Shown here piece after piece: positions 1 to 11,688 of a stretch of 39,454 nt of DNA. A program made the position numbers and the translations under genes. How positions within the stretch are numbered: the first letter of the stretch is position 1; the number at the start of each line of letters is the position of its first letter. Origin of the DNA: Hyphochytrium catenoides (lineage: Eukaryota; Protista; Hyphochytriomycota); contig FLMG01003824.1 of NCBI GenBank assembly GCA_900088475.1, positions 1 through 39,454 of the forward strand. Direction: 5' to 3'. The notes beneath the pieces were generated by a model. The model worked only from the letters and a program-made list of their open reading frames with translations. It searched no databases and was not told the DNA's origin.

Positions 1-849
1 CGGACAAAGGAGGTGTAAGATGGCCAGGAAGGGGAGGTGGTGGCGTACTCCTTATATTTCGAGTCTTGTTGTATGGGTTACTTGTTCGTTAGCAGTCTTC
101 TATAGTCCAATTCTCTCTCTCTCTCTCTCCCTCAGATGAAGACGTCTGCAATACAGAGGAAAATTGAGATGGATTATTGATGTCATAGAGATCTCTCTCC
201 TCTTGAGCTTTTCTCGCAGAGTTCTCAAACCTCCCATCAGCTGGGTCAAAGGACCAAATTCTGGTCTTCTCTGGGCTGTTACAGCTGCTTCTCAATCCCT
301 GAAGTCCTGTAACGGGCAGGAAGCAAACCCCTCTCTAACACAATCAATCAATCAATAATTGAAGACGTGCTGGAGCTCAATAGAACTCTTTGTTGGCAAT
401 TCTAGACATTCTCTTTCAGAGAAAATTGCCAAGTCCCCTTCTACCACCAAAGGCAGAAGCGATGCATCGTAATCCCAGCCGCTACAAAGAACAATCCCCG
501 CAACTGATGATAACTATTCACATGAAGTAAGGTTGTTAACGGCACGAAACATTCAACCTTCGAAGAACACTATCCCGCTGAACTGAGAAAGACTCGATGA
601 GCTCCTTCTCACCAGTCTCAAACAACTCAATCTAGGGAAGTGAGCAGAGGAAGCTTGAGTACTTGTCCCAGCAGAAGGAATACAGGTTGGAGGAGATGGC
701 CGAGGAGTAGGATACGCTTTCAGATGTTTGACATGGACTGCTTTCCTGCCCCATTGCTTTCGTAGGCCTTTCGCTAGTCATGTCTGGATCAATTCCCTCG
801 TTGGCTTGATCTCATAAAAATCGACAGGACTCAGATATCCCCTGTGACG

Positions 850-3800
850 GCTGTTGGTCAGACCAATTGTCTAATGACTTCATAAGGCCCAATCCAGAAC
901 GACTCCAACTTCTTGGTCTGACCCACAGCCGTCATAGAGTATATCTAAGTACCTTTTGCCCAGGTTGGAAGGTGGGAATGACTCTCCGCAGCACTTCAGT
1001 ATTGTGGTATAGCTCCTGATGAAGCTCCTGAGCTCGTTCAGTGTTCAGATTAGCCTTCAAGAGGGCCTTCAGATACTGTCTAAGACCTTCCTGAACGTAG
1101 TCAGACATATTCTCAAACATAGCTTCTCCAAACTCTGTTTCTAGGGTGAGGTCAGAAGGCAGTCTTGGTTCTCTACCGAAGAAGAGCCTGAAGGGAGAGA
1201 ATTGCCTTGTGCGGTGCTGCGACGGACATCCAGTAAGCACGCACCCATCAAAAGATGGATGTTCTCTTCTCAGTCAGTATGGTCCTCGTTGACATACTTC
1301 TTCAGGAAGCTGCGAATTGTTCTGATACATCACCCTCTCTGCTGCTGCTGTAGCTCCGTGTGAGTAGGGGACGCCTGCGTTTCCTTGAGAACCTAGCCAA
1401 GAATTGACCTCCTCCATAATCCTTGCCCGATTGAGAGAGCTGGCACTTGCCGTAAGGATCACCTTAGCGACCGAGTAACGAGCCATCCATTCTCCAACAA
1501 TTATCCTGGCCACCACTTTGGTTTGCTCCTGACTGCCTACGCTTCAGCCCGTCGAGAGAAGACGTCAATGATTAATAGAATGTAGATGTTACCTGACCTG
1601 GAGCACTTGAGAGGACGGATGTGTCCACCTGGATGCTCTCGTTAGGGTAAGTGGCCTTCCACGCCGTTATATCCCCTTGCATCTTCCTGCTGAATGGGTG
1701 TCTTCTAGCACAAAGCAAACAGCTCAGTATGAACTGCTTCACGTCTCGGTACATATTCGGCCAAAGCTTCTCGTAAGTCTTGGTATTGTCTAAATGTCCT
1801 CCAGCGAGTGGACTGCTCTAGAAGGGGAAATCATATCACCTAATACGGGCTCAATGACATTAGCCTTCCCTCCTGAGCCCCGCATCTCGTCTGCCATAGA
1901 GCTTGCCGTTTGAACTCCCGATGTCTTTCTTCCCTCTCTCACAGAGCTGGACAAGCTGCGAGCTTCACCAGAGAGCTGTGACGATCCAGCTCCTAATCTA
2001 TCCTTGATGGATGGTGATCCTCCTTCACAAGCTCAATCCTCGGCTCTAGTGAGCTATTGTCACTTCGAACTGCTTGGACAGAAGCTTCAGGAGCTAAGCT
2101 CATTCCACCTGCATAGATAAAACCTTACTTCTCCTTCTATTTCTCTTCTTCTCCACCTGTCCATCCCGCTCCTTCTTTTGAGAGGCTGTCGTCTTTGCTA
2201 TGACCTCTTGTCTAGCCACTGACAGAGACACCGTTTTAGCTGTAAATCCTTTATAGTAGGTTCAGACTCCAAACTGCTAGACAAGACAGCAGCCAGATTC
2301 TTCTCCCCCCAGAGATCTACCTGACGACGTTCTTGGCTATTAGGAAGCACCTAACCTCTTCCTTCTCTTAGACTAGGCCTCTTTGGACCAGCACTAATAT
2401 GACCATCTCTGATTGTAGGAGCTTCATTGGCAGGGCCATTGCCTCTGTCACCTTCACCAGAAGCAATATCAGCACTACTACACCGCTGAACGCCTCGGGT
2501 CTTCGCCTCTTTCCGTCGAATAATGAAATAAGGCCAACCACCTACCCAGCCTCTTTGCTTCTGCAGTCTTGTTCGTCATCAGCCAGAGAGCCGCTTTGCT
2601 CCCTATCGTCGTCGGGTAAGCCTCTTAGCTCCCCGCTTCTTTTCTCAAAACGAGCTCTTTCTCGCGTATAATAACCGCGAGCTCCTTCTCGCAGTTCAGG
2701 TACGGGCTCTGTTCCTGGATGGACGAGCTCTTTCTCTCATCCAACCACTACGAGCTCTTTACTCTTTCTCGCAGCTGAGGTATGGGCTCTTACCCTTCCT
2801 ATTTTTGACAAAACTGTGCTGCTTCTCCCTCTAAAGCCTGAAGCCATGGATCTCTTCGCTTCCTTTGCTTTGCAGGAGCTCTATCGTATAGAATGCCATT
2901 ACGATAGGATAATAGTTTGCCCCTGTTGGTGCATTGAGCAGGCATATGTCCAGTACAGCGTTGCAATAGACAGTCTATGGATCTCCTTTATCCAGTTGTC
3001 ACTTGACTGTTGCTGACAAAGCCATTCGTGTTGGTGCTGCTGTGACCCAAATCTGAATAATCGTTTTACTATCCTTTCTTTGAACCTTGGATCTCTGGAC
3101 AACGCATCTGCGTTCATATGCTCTAGACCTGGCCTATGCATGCTTGTAAATTGAGCTTGTGCGAGAAGCTAATGTATCTTGCCTTTGGGCCATACGAGTC
3201 TTTCGTCATCATCAGCTGTGTAAAAGGCGCATGATCTGTGACGACGTAGAAGTGTCTTCCCGTGAGATAGTACTGAAGCTTCTTTATAGCCCAATAAATT
3301 GCTTTAACTTCAAAATGATGAAGATCTAAACCAAGCTTCCGCCTCTCAAGTCTCTTTCTTGTCCTTACCTCATTGCAATTGTGGCTTTTTGAGGTTCCTC
3401 CTTGGTACTATGGAGAGTCGGAGATGTAAAGAATGGGATGCCCTCGCCGTCCTCTGTTTGGCTAAGCACAGCTGCAATACCATCCTTACTGCCATCACAC
3501 TGTAGCACAAAAGGTAGATCAAAATTGGAGCTCTCATAACAGGTGGTGAGGCTAAACAGTGTTTTAGCCCGTCAAAAGCTTCTGGACAAGCATCATCCCA
3601 TGACGACTCCCTTTCGAAGTAATCGAAAGACTGGAGAGCAATGCAGGAGCCACCTTTAATGATCCTCCTATAGTAATTAATCATGCCTAAGAAGGTCCTC
3701 CAGTTCCCGATTCTGGGCCTTCGTCTTCCTAATATTGCATCCACTCTGCTTTGGGTTGGTGTTATCCCTTCTTTGAGACCACATGGCCTAGGTATTCAAG

Positions 3801-3935
3801 TTGAGGTTGACAAAAAGTGCACATCACCAGCTTCAACCTTAAATTAGAGTCCCTTAGGCGTCGCAGCACCTCTTTGAGCTGGCTAATATGGCCTTCTCTA
3901 GGTTTGGAATAAGCTAGAATGTCATCGATATAGAT
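850..3935 (-). mobile_element. Degenerate Ty3/gypsy LTR retrotransposon pol (RT-RNase H-integrase), truncated or interrupted inside RT
   Basis: Minus-strand motifs occur in gypsy order: IYIDDILAYSK (~3935-3905), FLGMINYYRRII, LKHCLASPPV, RNase H end HRPGLEHMNADALSR (~3140-3095), integrase His2Cys2 (GGHL..WPNMYRDVKQFILSCLLC, ~1805-1710), core SPFRLFFGREPRLPSDL, and C-terminal FQPGQKVLRY..KKLESFWIGPYEV. Many stops and frameshifts. Confidence 0.93.
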
Positions 3936-4020
3936 TTCCTTCTGCTCACCTGGATGACGTCACAGAGCATGCAGATGAATATTAAGCCCCCGGCTGGGGG
4001 ATCAAACTGGCGTTTGACAT
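3936..4020. repeat. ~85-bp direct repeat, copy 1 (copy 2 at 4424-4505)
   Basis: ttccttctgctcacctggatgacgtcacagagcatgcagatgaatattaagcc matches ttccttctgctcacccggatgacgtgacagagcatgcagatgaaaaataagcc. This copy starts where the gypsy RT breaks off. Confidence 0.9.
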
Positions 4021-4206
4021 TACTAGGTTGGGAGCGCTCCTTGCCGCCTAGCTGGTCAAGCGGGAGGAGGATCTGGCCCGTTAGTGATCGCCGAGGTGTC
4101 CTAACTCTACGACTAACTCACAAGACCTAAGCTAACCAACGGAAACTGAACACTCCTTACCGCCCCGACTACAGCTGAACTACGTACTCACTCTTCTACA
4201 TAGGTT

Positions 4207-4217
4207 TGGCGCAGCGA
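4207..4217 (+). promoter_or_regulatory. Possible retrotransposon primer-binding site (TGGCGCAGCGA) 6 nt after a ...CTACA possible LTR end
   Basis: TGG-initiated 11-mer complementary to a tRNA 3' end ...UCGCUGCGCCA, resembling Ser tRNA acceptor ends. No matching 3' LTR was confirmed. Confidence 0.25.
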
Positions 4218-4240
4218 AGAGAGGGCGGGCGGGCGGTTGA

Positions 4241-4420
4241 CTGTTCCTGCTGCGCCGCACAGGTGCAGTCAGCTGTGCCTCCCCTCTCCGTTGCCGCCGT
4301 GTCTAGATCTGGGCAGGCGGCAGAGGCTGAGGCTGACCGAGAGAATCTGAGACTGAGGCGCGAGGTCAGCCCCATCCTCTAACCGCGCCAGGAAGACCTA
4401 ATATCCCCCCGGCTATTCAA
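4241..4420. repeat. ~180-bp dispersed repeat with hairpin potential, copy 1 (copy 2 at 14592-14771)
   Basis: ctgttcctgctgcgccg...cctctaaccgc.ccaggaa.acctaatatcccccc.gg.tattcaa is shared, and both copies end at the same TATTCAA. Confidence 0.93.
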
Positions 4421-4423
4421 CCT

Positions 4424-4505
4424 TTCCTTCTGCTCACCCGGATGACGTGACAGAGCATGCAGATGAAAAATAAGCCTCTGGCTGGGAGATCAAACGGGCG
4501 CTTGT
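4424..4505. repeat. ~85-bp direct repeat, copy 2, at the 5' edge of the copia gag
   Basis: Direct alignment with 3936-4020. Confidence 0.9.
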
Positions 4506-4507
4506 AA

Positions 4508-7500
4508 TTGTGGAGTCTAGTCCAAGACCATCCAGAGAGTGACCATGCCAAAGCGATAGCCAAACGTACTGCTGTAAACAGCAGTGAGTTGCAACAGAGG
4601 TATCCGCAGGCTTTGTCGCACCTTGCAATCCCGGTGACCAGGACTATATCAATCCCACATGTTCTGGAGGCTGCGTCGGCTGCTGAAGCATGGGACAACC
4701 TCAGAAGAACATTTGATCCCGCGACAGTCTCAAATGTTCGAGATATGAGGAAGCAACTCATCCGGCTGCAGATGAGAGAGGGAGAGTTAGTCCAGTCAGG
4801 CGTACTTTGGTCAGACTGAGACTCTGGAGGCTAAACTTGCCAGCCTGAGGAGGCCTGTAGAGGATGCCGACATGGTAGACTACCTACTGCAGGGGTGATA
4901 CCTAAGCTCCACCACGTCGCTGACTTACTGGAAGCGGACCAGAAACTCACAAAAGAAGAAAAAAGATGACTAGTGCCTTGCTTGGCGCAGAGCATAGAAA
5001 TGCGCTTGCGAGAGGGAAAGCTAGGGAGGGGTTGATAGCGAGGCGGAACAGTCCCTGGCAGCCGCCACTCGTCGCGGGAGGACCAAAAAGAAGCCTCCAC
5101 CAAAGTGGGGAGCCAGCAAGAAGAAGTTTGCCTGTTGGACGTGTGGTATCCCTGGTCACAAACAACCAGACTGCCCGGATTATGAACCCTCAGATGTAGA
5201 CGACAGTGCCAAGGCAGGAAAAAAGAAGGAAAAGGAACGCAGGGGACCGCAGCAAGAAGAAGGTCGACGGTCACGCCAGCATGAAGGTGACAACGATCTT
5301 AACCCAAAGTGATCCCATGTTGTGCAAGGATCAGCGATGGATTCCCGACTTGGGTTGCACAGCCCACACGTCCCATCATGACACGACGGTGTTCAAGAAT
5401 TATCAAAAGGTGTCCGAGGCCGTGAGAGTGAAGGCTGCAGGGGTTGAGGACCTCATGGCAATTGGCAAGGGAGATGTTGAGATGGTGCTGGAGACGGACG
5501 ACGACAGTATTACCCCCTGTACCTTCAAGGATGTTCCATGTGCCTGAACTGCATCTAAACTTGTCTCTGTGAAGAGGGTGGTCGAGAGCAAGTACTACTA
5601 CGTCACCTTCAAAGTGTCTGATGGGGGGAAGATCTACCGGGTCGTCAAAAACGGTCGGCAGGCGCGGCGCCAGCTGCTAGGAGTGACCCAAGAATCTATT
5701 GAGGACCGGCTTTATGTACTCCGAGGGCAAGTTCAAGTAACCAAGACCAAAGGCAGCAGCAAGGAGGCTGCAGCAACCACAACAGCAAATGGCTCCAGCC
5801 TAACCCTTCAAGAAGAGTGGCACGCCGTCTAGGCCACCTCCATCACGAGGCGGTTAAGAAGCTGCTAAGGGACTTCAACATCCCTCTGAAGAAAGTAGTT
5901 AGGCAACCGGGGTGGGGTCATAGGGCCCAGCGACGAGAGCTAAGGACCTCCCTAAATTTGTGCACTCGGACCTGCTGGCCTTTAAGGTCAAGACACTCAA
6001 CGAGGAACGGTACATGCAGAGCTTCATCGACCACCGATCTGGACTCTCTTGGGTCTACCTCCTCAAGCATAAGGGAGAAGCTGGCGCTGCATTTCGTAAA
6101 TCCGGGCCTATGTGGAGAAGCAGACTGGGACGGCTATAAAATGCATCCGTACTGACAATGGTGGAGAGTAAACCCTTCACTGAATTCGAGAACTACCTAG
6201 AGAGCGGTGGGATCGAGCACCAGAAAACTGCAACCAGGACCCTTGAGCAAAATGCTGGGGCGGAGCGCTTTAACAGAACGATCTTAGGGAATGTCCGGTG
6301 CATGCTCAGGCAGGCAAGCAGGACTAGCGGATATGTATTGGGGTGAGGCAGTACGAACAGCTGTCTACCTACGTAACAGGTCGCCCTCCGCAGCACTCGC
6401 GGGAAGGGAAACACCTTATGGCATCTGGCATGGAAAGAAGACGCCAAGTTTGCACCTCATCTGCCCCTTTGGCTGTGAAGCATATGCGTTTAACAAGGAG
6501 CACAAGCGCAAGCTAGAGTCACGAGGGATTCAGAGCATTCTGCTGGGCTGCAGCCCTCCTGTACAGAAGGCGTACCGGCTGTTGGAAGTAATGAACAGGA
6601 GAATCATTATTTCCAAAGATGTCAGTTCAATGAGACCTCATTTCCTTACCTGGAGCAGAAAGGAGTAGAAAGGAACAGACAACCACCGGAGCGAGCTGTC
6701 ATTTAATGAGTGAGCGCGCAACAACACCGGCAGCAGCACAATTGCCGATCAGGCACTGCATACGTCAGACAAGGAGAGCACTGTGAGGCTAGCATTCAGG
6801 AGAAGGAGCCAGACGAAGACACATTTGCTAGTGCAGACTCATCGACTGAAGACTCACACTCAGAGGATTCGCTCTCTGACAAGGAGGAGGCAGACAGTGC
6901 TGACACGGAGGCGAATCTACCCACTGATCATGGAAACACTCCACCGAAGAGACCACCCACCACCCAAGCACAACAGCTAAGAAGGTCTGAGAGACCAAGG
7001 AGGTCCAAAGTACGCTTTGCCATTGAGGAAGAGTCCCTACTCACTACGACGGAGCAGCTGGGAGAGATTGAATATGCCTACTACTCCGGCGGGGTCCGAG
7101 CCAGAAATGAGACCTCTACTTACAAAGAGGCCATCAGATGTACAAAAAGCAGAAAGTGTCAGGCAGCCATGCGTGAAGAATACGATTCTCTGATGTAAAA
7201 TGGTACATGGGAGCTCACTGACCTGCGAGCTGGACGCAAGCCAATCGCCTGCAAATGGCTCTATGTGATCAAGACTGGTGCAGACGGGAAAGTCACTAGA
7301 CATAAGGTACGGCTGGTAGTCAGAGGCTTCGCCAAGTCTTTGGTGTAGACTACTTCGAGACCTTTGCCCCAGTTGCCAAACTCTCCACGGTACGCCTAGC
7401 CCCTAGCTATGACTGCAGTTCAGGACCTCGACATCATCCACCTGGATGTCAAGACAGCCCTTCTCCATGGCCCCATTGAGGGGGAGGTGTACATGCTGCA

Positions 7501-8700
7501 GCCAGAAGGGTTTGCTGCACATGGAAAGGAACACATAGTGTGCAGGCTCAAAAAGCCACTCTGTGGACTGAAGCAGACCCCTAGAGTGTGGAATGAAAGG
7601 CTATCTAGCTTCCTAATCTCTGAGGGGTATTGCTGGAGCCAGGCGGATGACCGCTTGTACCTGAGGAGTGGCGATGAGCTAACACTGGTTTTGGGTATGC
7701 TGATGATCTTCTGGTGATCGGCCACTGTGAAGAGGAGGTCTAAAGGCTTGAACGAGGATTGAATGCAAGGGTTTAAGATGAAAACTCTGGGGGAAGTTGT
7801 TTTCTCCTTGGCAGCAGGGAGACCATTTGTGACCACAACTCCAGACAGATCTGGGTAGGCCAACGCGCCTACATACAGCGAATCCTCGAAAGCTATTGGA
7901 TGGCTGACTGCAACGGCGTGCAGACACCCTGGAGGCCAAGCTCCGCCTGTTGAAGGACCTCGGGCCTCAGCCGAGTCAGAAGGATCAAGCATCATTGCAC
8001 CGGAGTCTTGTGGGATCTTCGATGTATGCAATGATGGCAACAAGGCCGGACATTGAATAATTTGCAGTGGGGATGCTGGGAAGGTTTGTGAGTAACCCCG
8101 GCCAGGGCCACTGGCAAGCAGCAAAGAGAGTCCTGCGCTACCTAAAAGAGACATCTGACCTTGGTATTGTGTTTGGAGGGGGTGACCGATGCAAGGGCTT
8201 GAACAGCCTCCTTGTCTTCGGCTACGCAGATGCGGACTGGGGCAACTCTGTGGATGACTACAAAGTCCACTATGAAATATGCCTTCATCGCTGCAGGAGG
8301 TTGTGTGAGTTGGCAATCTAAGAACCAGAGCTTGGTGGCCCTGTCAAGCACAGAAGAAGCAGCGTATGTTGCACTCTGTGAAGCTAGCAGGGAAGCAGTG
8401 TAGCTCAGGAGACTCTCTCGGGATGTTTTGCCTACAGGTCATGCCTCCAAAGGCAAGCCCACCCTCAATTATGAGCATAACCAATCTGCTTTATGCCTGG
8501 CATCTGAGGAGGTTGCCGGAAGCCATGAGCGCGCAAAGCACTTCTCCATCAAGTACCACTTCACTAGGTAGGAGGTGACCAAGGACAAACTCCTACTGGA
8601 GTACCAACCTACGCACGGAGGAGATGGTCGCAGACACCCTCGCAAAGGCCTTGCCGCGCCCTGCCGTCATCAAGCAGCGGGATGGATTAGGCCTGCCACC
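4508..8700 (+). mobile_element. Pseudogenised Ty1/copia LTR retrotransposon (gag-PR-IN-RT-RNase H)
   Basis: Motifs occur in copia order: gag SAAEAWDNLRRTF..LIRLQMREGE, zinc knuckle CWTCGIPGHKQPDC (~5130), protease WIPDLGCTAH, pre-integrase W(H)RRLGHLH, integrase CIRTDNGGE / QNAGAERFNRTI / YWGEAVRTAVYLRNRSP, RT FETFAPVAK, HLDVKTALLHG, GLKQTPRVWN, and RNase H GYADADWG, WQSKNQSLVALSSTE, EMVADTLAKAL. Many frameshifts and stops. Confidence 0.96.
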
Positions 8701-8777
8701 AGCAGCAGCAGTCTCGCCTCTCGGACAAGATGACATGGGCTGAGAGAGTACAGTGCTGGACACAGCTGCCACAGGAC

Positions 8778-8795
8778 AAAGGAGGAGAATGTAAG
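8778..8795 (+). promoter_or_regulatory. Putative polypurine tract followed by the TG start of the copia 3' LTR
   Basis: aaaggaggagaa|TGTAAG lies ~80 nt after the end of RNase H. LTR extent not verifiable. Confidence 0.4.
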
Positions 8796-9189
8796 TGTGC
8801 TGTAGTAATAGTTGTTGTCCTGCGCCCTATCCAGCTCTGCCTACTCTGGCTGTAAGTCCAAGGACTAACTACTGCTGAAGCTCCTGACAACTGAAGGCTG
8901 GCAGCGATGCAATCCTAGTAAGAGTTGCAAGAACTCTGGGAGCCCTTGGTAGGTGTAGGGGCACTCTGCAGCAGTAGTGATTCATCTGTGAGCAAGACTC
9001 TGACAGGGCAGAAGAGGAATAAGCCAAGAGTCATAGTCAGCAGTAGATGAACAGTGTGACAGGAGTATCTTCCCACCAACCAGGAGATCAGGATGATATG
9101 CAATGTCCAGTCCATGCATCTACAACGAACTAAGTTAAAAGAGTGATATTGCAAAACAGAGATCATTGGATTTCTCTTGAGCTTCGGAA

Positions 9190-9790
9190 AACGCTGTATC
9201 TACATGAGTTCTAAGAACGGACACTGGGACTAATCGCCCAAAGGCTACGCTGAGTAAAAAGGCTAATATGGACGAGGACCAGACGAAATTGGCCGAGGCC
9301 TTAGAAAGCCACTTGGCAGCGTATCGCTTCTCTGTGACTCAGTCACGGGCTTCTAACCCTACTATCTGATGGACGAGGGACGCCAGGCGAATGTACCGTG
9401 AGACCTGTTGTTACGCGAAAAAATCACAATGCGAACGAGGTTTCGGACCACTAAGAAGTATATCACGTACCTCCAGAGACATTTGCGCTAAAGCCTACTT
9501 ACGGCTAGAGCTCGGAAGGCTCCTAGGGCGCAGGCTCAGATAGCTATTGGCCAACCAGCACCATACGAGGACACTGCAGGAGGACTGCCGGAGGACACAC
9601 GAACGCCAGCTAAATCGTTGCCCTTCGTTGCCAGGCGTATGTGGCCTTTACCCAGGCCGTCGCTGGGTCTACTTCTGAAGACAAAGTTTGGCGTTACATA
9701 CCTAATAAGAAGTTGGCAGCAGGATCTCCAATACTTGCCACGAAGTGATGGGGACCTTATTATGAATTGGATGTCAAGTAGGGCCGCTCA
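9190..9790 (+). mobile_element. Second gypsy-type integrase remnant (end of core plus GPY C-terminal motif)
   Basis: Frameshifted reading gives AAYRFSV..(ST)GF*PYYLMDEGRQANVP*DLL, then DKVWRYIPNKKLAAGSPILATK*WGPYY. Confidence 0.65.
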
Positions 9791-10699
9791 CGTTGTCAGG
9801 AGGGGAGCTATAGCTATTGAGCACAAGGGTGCATATAATGTGCTCTGGAAGGAGGTTAGGTGCATAGGAAGCACTTCCGCTTGATCTACTATCAAGCCAA
9901 AGAAGGGACTTCTACGCTGGTTCCCGTCGTTCAGATTCTGTGTCCTACCCAGCTAGCGGCAGTGGGTCAGCAGCACGACGTTTGTCGCTGGTTCGTAGAA
10001 GTTAGGGGCTAGCGGAAGCAATGTGCTTCTGTAGTAGCGAGGACATGGTTCTCTTACGAGTAGGAGGAAATTATTAGCTTCATGGGCACGAACAGCACGA
10101 TGGATCTAGGAGAACTATCTGTGGGTTTTCGTCCAGCCTGAAGCCCTCTGTAAGTAAGTAAGTACGTAGTTAGGACTTGTCTGAAACAGGCTAAGAATTA
10201 TTGAGTAGTTGTAGAGGAGTAGGGAGGCCTCCTAGAGTCCGCTGAGCCGTAAGTAAAGTATGCTCAAGCGTCCCAAGCTGTCAAGCGGATGAACCCTCCA
10301 AATAAATCGTCAATAGCCAAGCACAGGAACGCAATGAGTATCAAAGGAAGACAGAGGCTAATCAAGCACAAACACACAAAGAAAGTGGGGAGATGAGAAG
10401 GGAGAAAGGGAGACTCTACACAAAAGAACAAAAGGCAGGACAGCAGGTGTCAGGGGGCAAGCAGCAATAGCAGCACAACAGCGGCCAGAAAAGCCAGCAC
10501 ACGCAGCTGCCACGCAGCTGCACAAGCACTCAGGGAGGTGTATCATATCTGAGCAAACAGCAGTAGTACGGCTCCTACCCGTAGTACGACCAATAAAAAG
10601 GAGGTCTTCCCATAACCAAGGCCCATCCACCCCTCAAGCTAGCTCAAAGATCTCTTCCACTTCTCCTCCACAACCAACAGCTTGATACACTCAATGCTT

Positions 10700-10913
10700 G
10701 CTTTCTGGTGACCCTTGTAAGGTTTGCTCTGCTGCTGCTGGAGTCTTGTAAGACGACTTGGCGCACTACAACGTTGTACGCACGTACCTTCACTCTCACT
10801 TTTCAAACCCACTTGCTGAAAAGCCGAGATCGATTTTAGAAGGCTTTCTAATATTAACAACCCAATCTTGACAGATACGAAATTGATGCTGGAAATGGCT
10901 CTCAGAACTCATC
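10700..10913 (+). mobile_element. His-Me nuclease repeat copy D (3' fragment with putative right TIR 10889-10913)
   Basis: 10700-10797 aligns with 11590-11686 (ggagtcttg...tacaacg.tgt.cgcac.tac.ttcactctc). The reverse complement of 10889-10913 matches 12913-12937 at 21/25 nt. Confidence 0.7.
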
Positions 10914-10979
10914 AGGACCAACCTAAGCAAACTTGGATTCCCCCGTGTTTGCCCCCACTTATTACTCTTCGGTAGGGAC

Positions 10980-11688
10980 TGATTGAGATTTCTCCCGTCA
11001 GAAGCCCCAGCTCACTTTTCATTTTCCAACCAGGGCGAAGGATGGAGCCAACGACTCCGCAACAACAAGCCACCCCACCCCACCTACACCTTCTTCCAGC
11101 AGAGAGCGGTCGCTGCGGAGAAGACATCACCAGCAGCTATCTCAAGAAGATGGGCAGGAACGTCCCACGGAGGAGATTACTCCTCTCAAACGAAAGTTGG
11201 TGACATACTTCAGGTGAGGAAGGAAGTCAGCAGGCGCAAGCTCAGATAGCGCATAGATCAGAGAGCGACACCGGATGTTTCCAGCTGCTGGATCCGAAGA
11301 TGAAGGCGAGTCACCCAAATCGTTACACGAAACTAAACCTTAGGAATGCCAGCGATGTCTCTGGGAGGAGATTTGGGGCATCACCTCTCTGTGCTGGCTT
11401 TCAGGGACTTGGCCAAACAAATCTACCCATTGGCGGCATGGCCAACACACATGGTGACACTGGCAGTGAGTTGCTGCCAGGGAGTCGTCTTTGCCAGAGT
11501 GGGCGCTGCTTCATCCCTGATCAGCTCTTTCTAAAGACGATGAGGAGAAAAAAGTGAGGAACCCTTGCAAACATGTCAGCAAGGTACAGTTCCTACTAGG
11601 CCTTATATTACTAAGGTCTGCTCAGCTGTTGGAGTCTTGCACTGCGGCTTAGCGGTACAACGCTGTGCGCACCTACTTTCACTCTCTG
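10980..11688 (+). pseudogene. His-Me finger (His-Cys box, zf-His_Me_endon-like) endonuclease pseudogene, copy A
   Basis: Across frameshifts: SSCWIRR.MKASHPNRYTKLNL..GHHLSVLAFRDLA..SRLCQSGRCFIPDQLFLKTMRRKK(V)RNPC. This fits the CW..GY..H..SHLC..CxNPxHL..E..N..R..C pattern. Confidence 0.75.

Noticed and set aside
1-20. ggacaaaggagg-tgtaag similar to the copia PPT/LTR start at 8774-8795
   Set aside because: The similarity does not extend further and is too short to call a repeat.
4110-4150. Faint similarity to 8862-8896 as a 5'/3' LTR pair
   Set aside because: Only short gapped matches, insufficient to define LTRs.
7420-8316. 298-aa minus-strand ORF
   Set aside because: Antisense shadow of the copia RT, with no domain features.
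10895-10918. CTGATGAG on the minus strand resembling a hammerhead ribozyme core
   Set aside because: No GAAA follows the putative stem II and no stems I/III were found; better explained as part of the candidate TIR.
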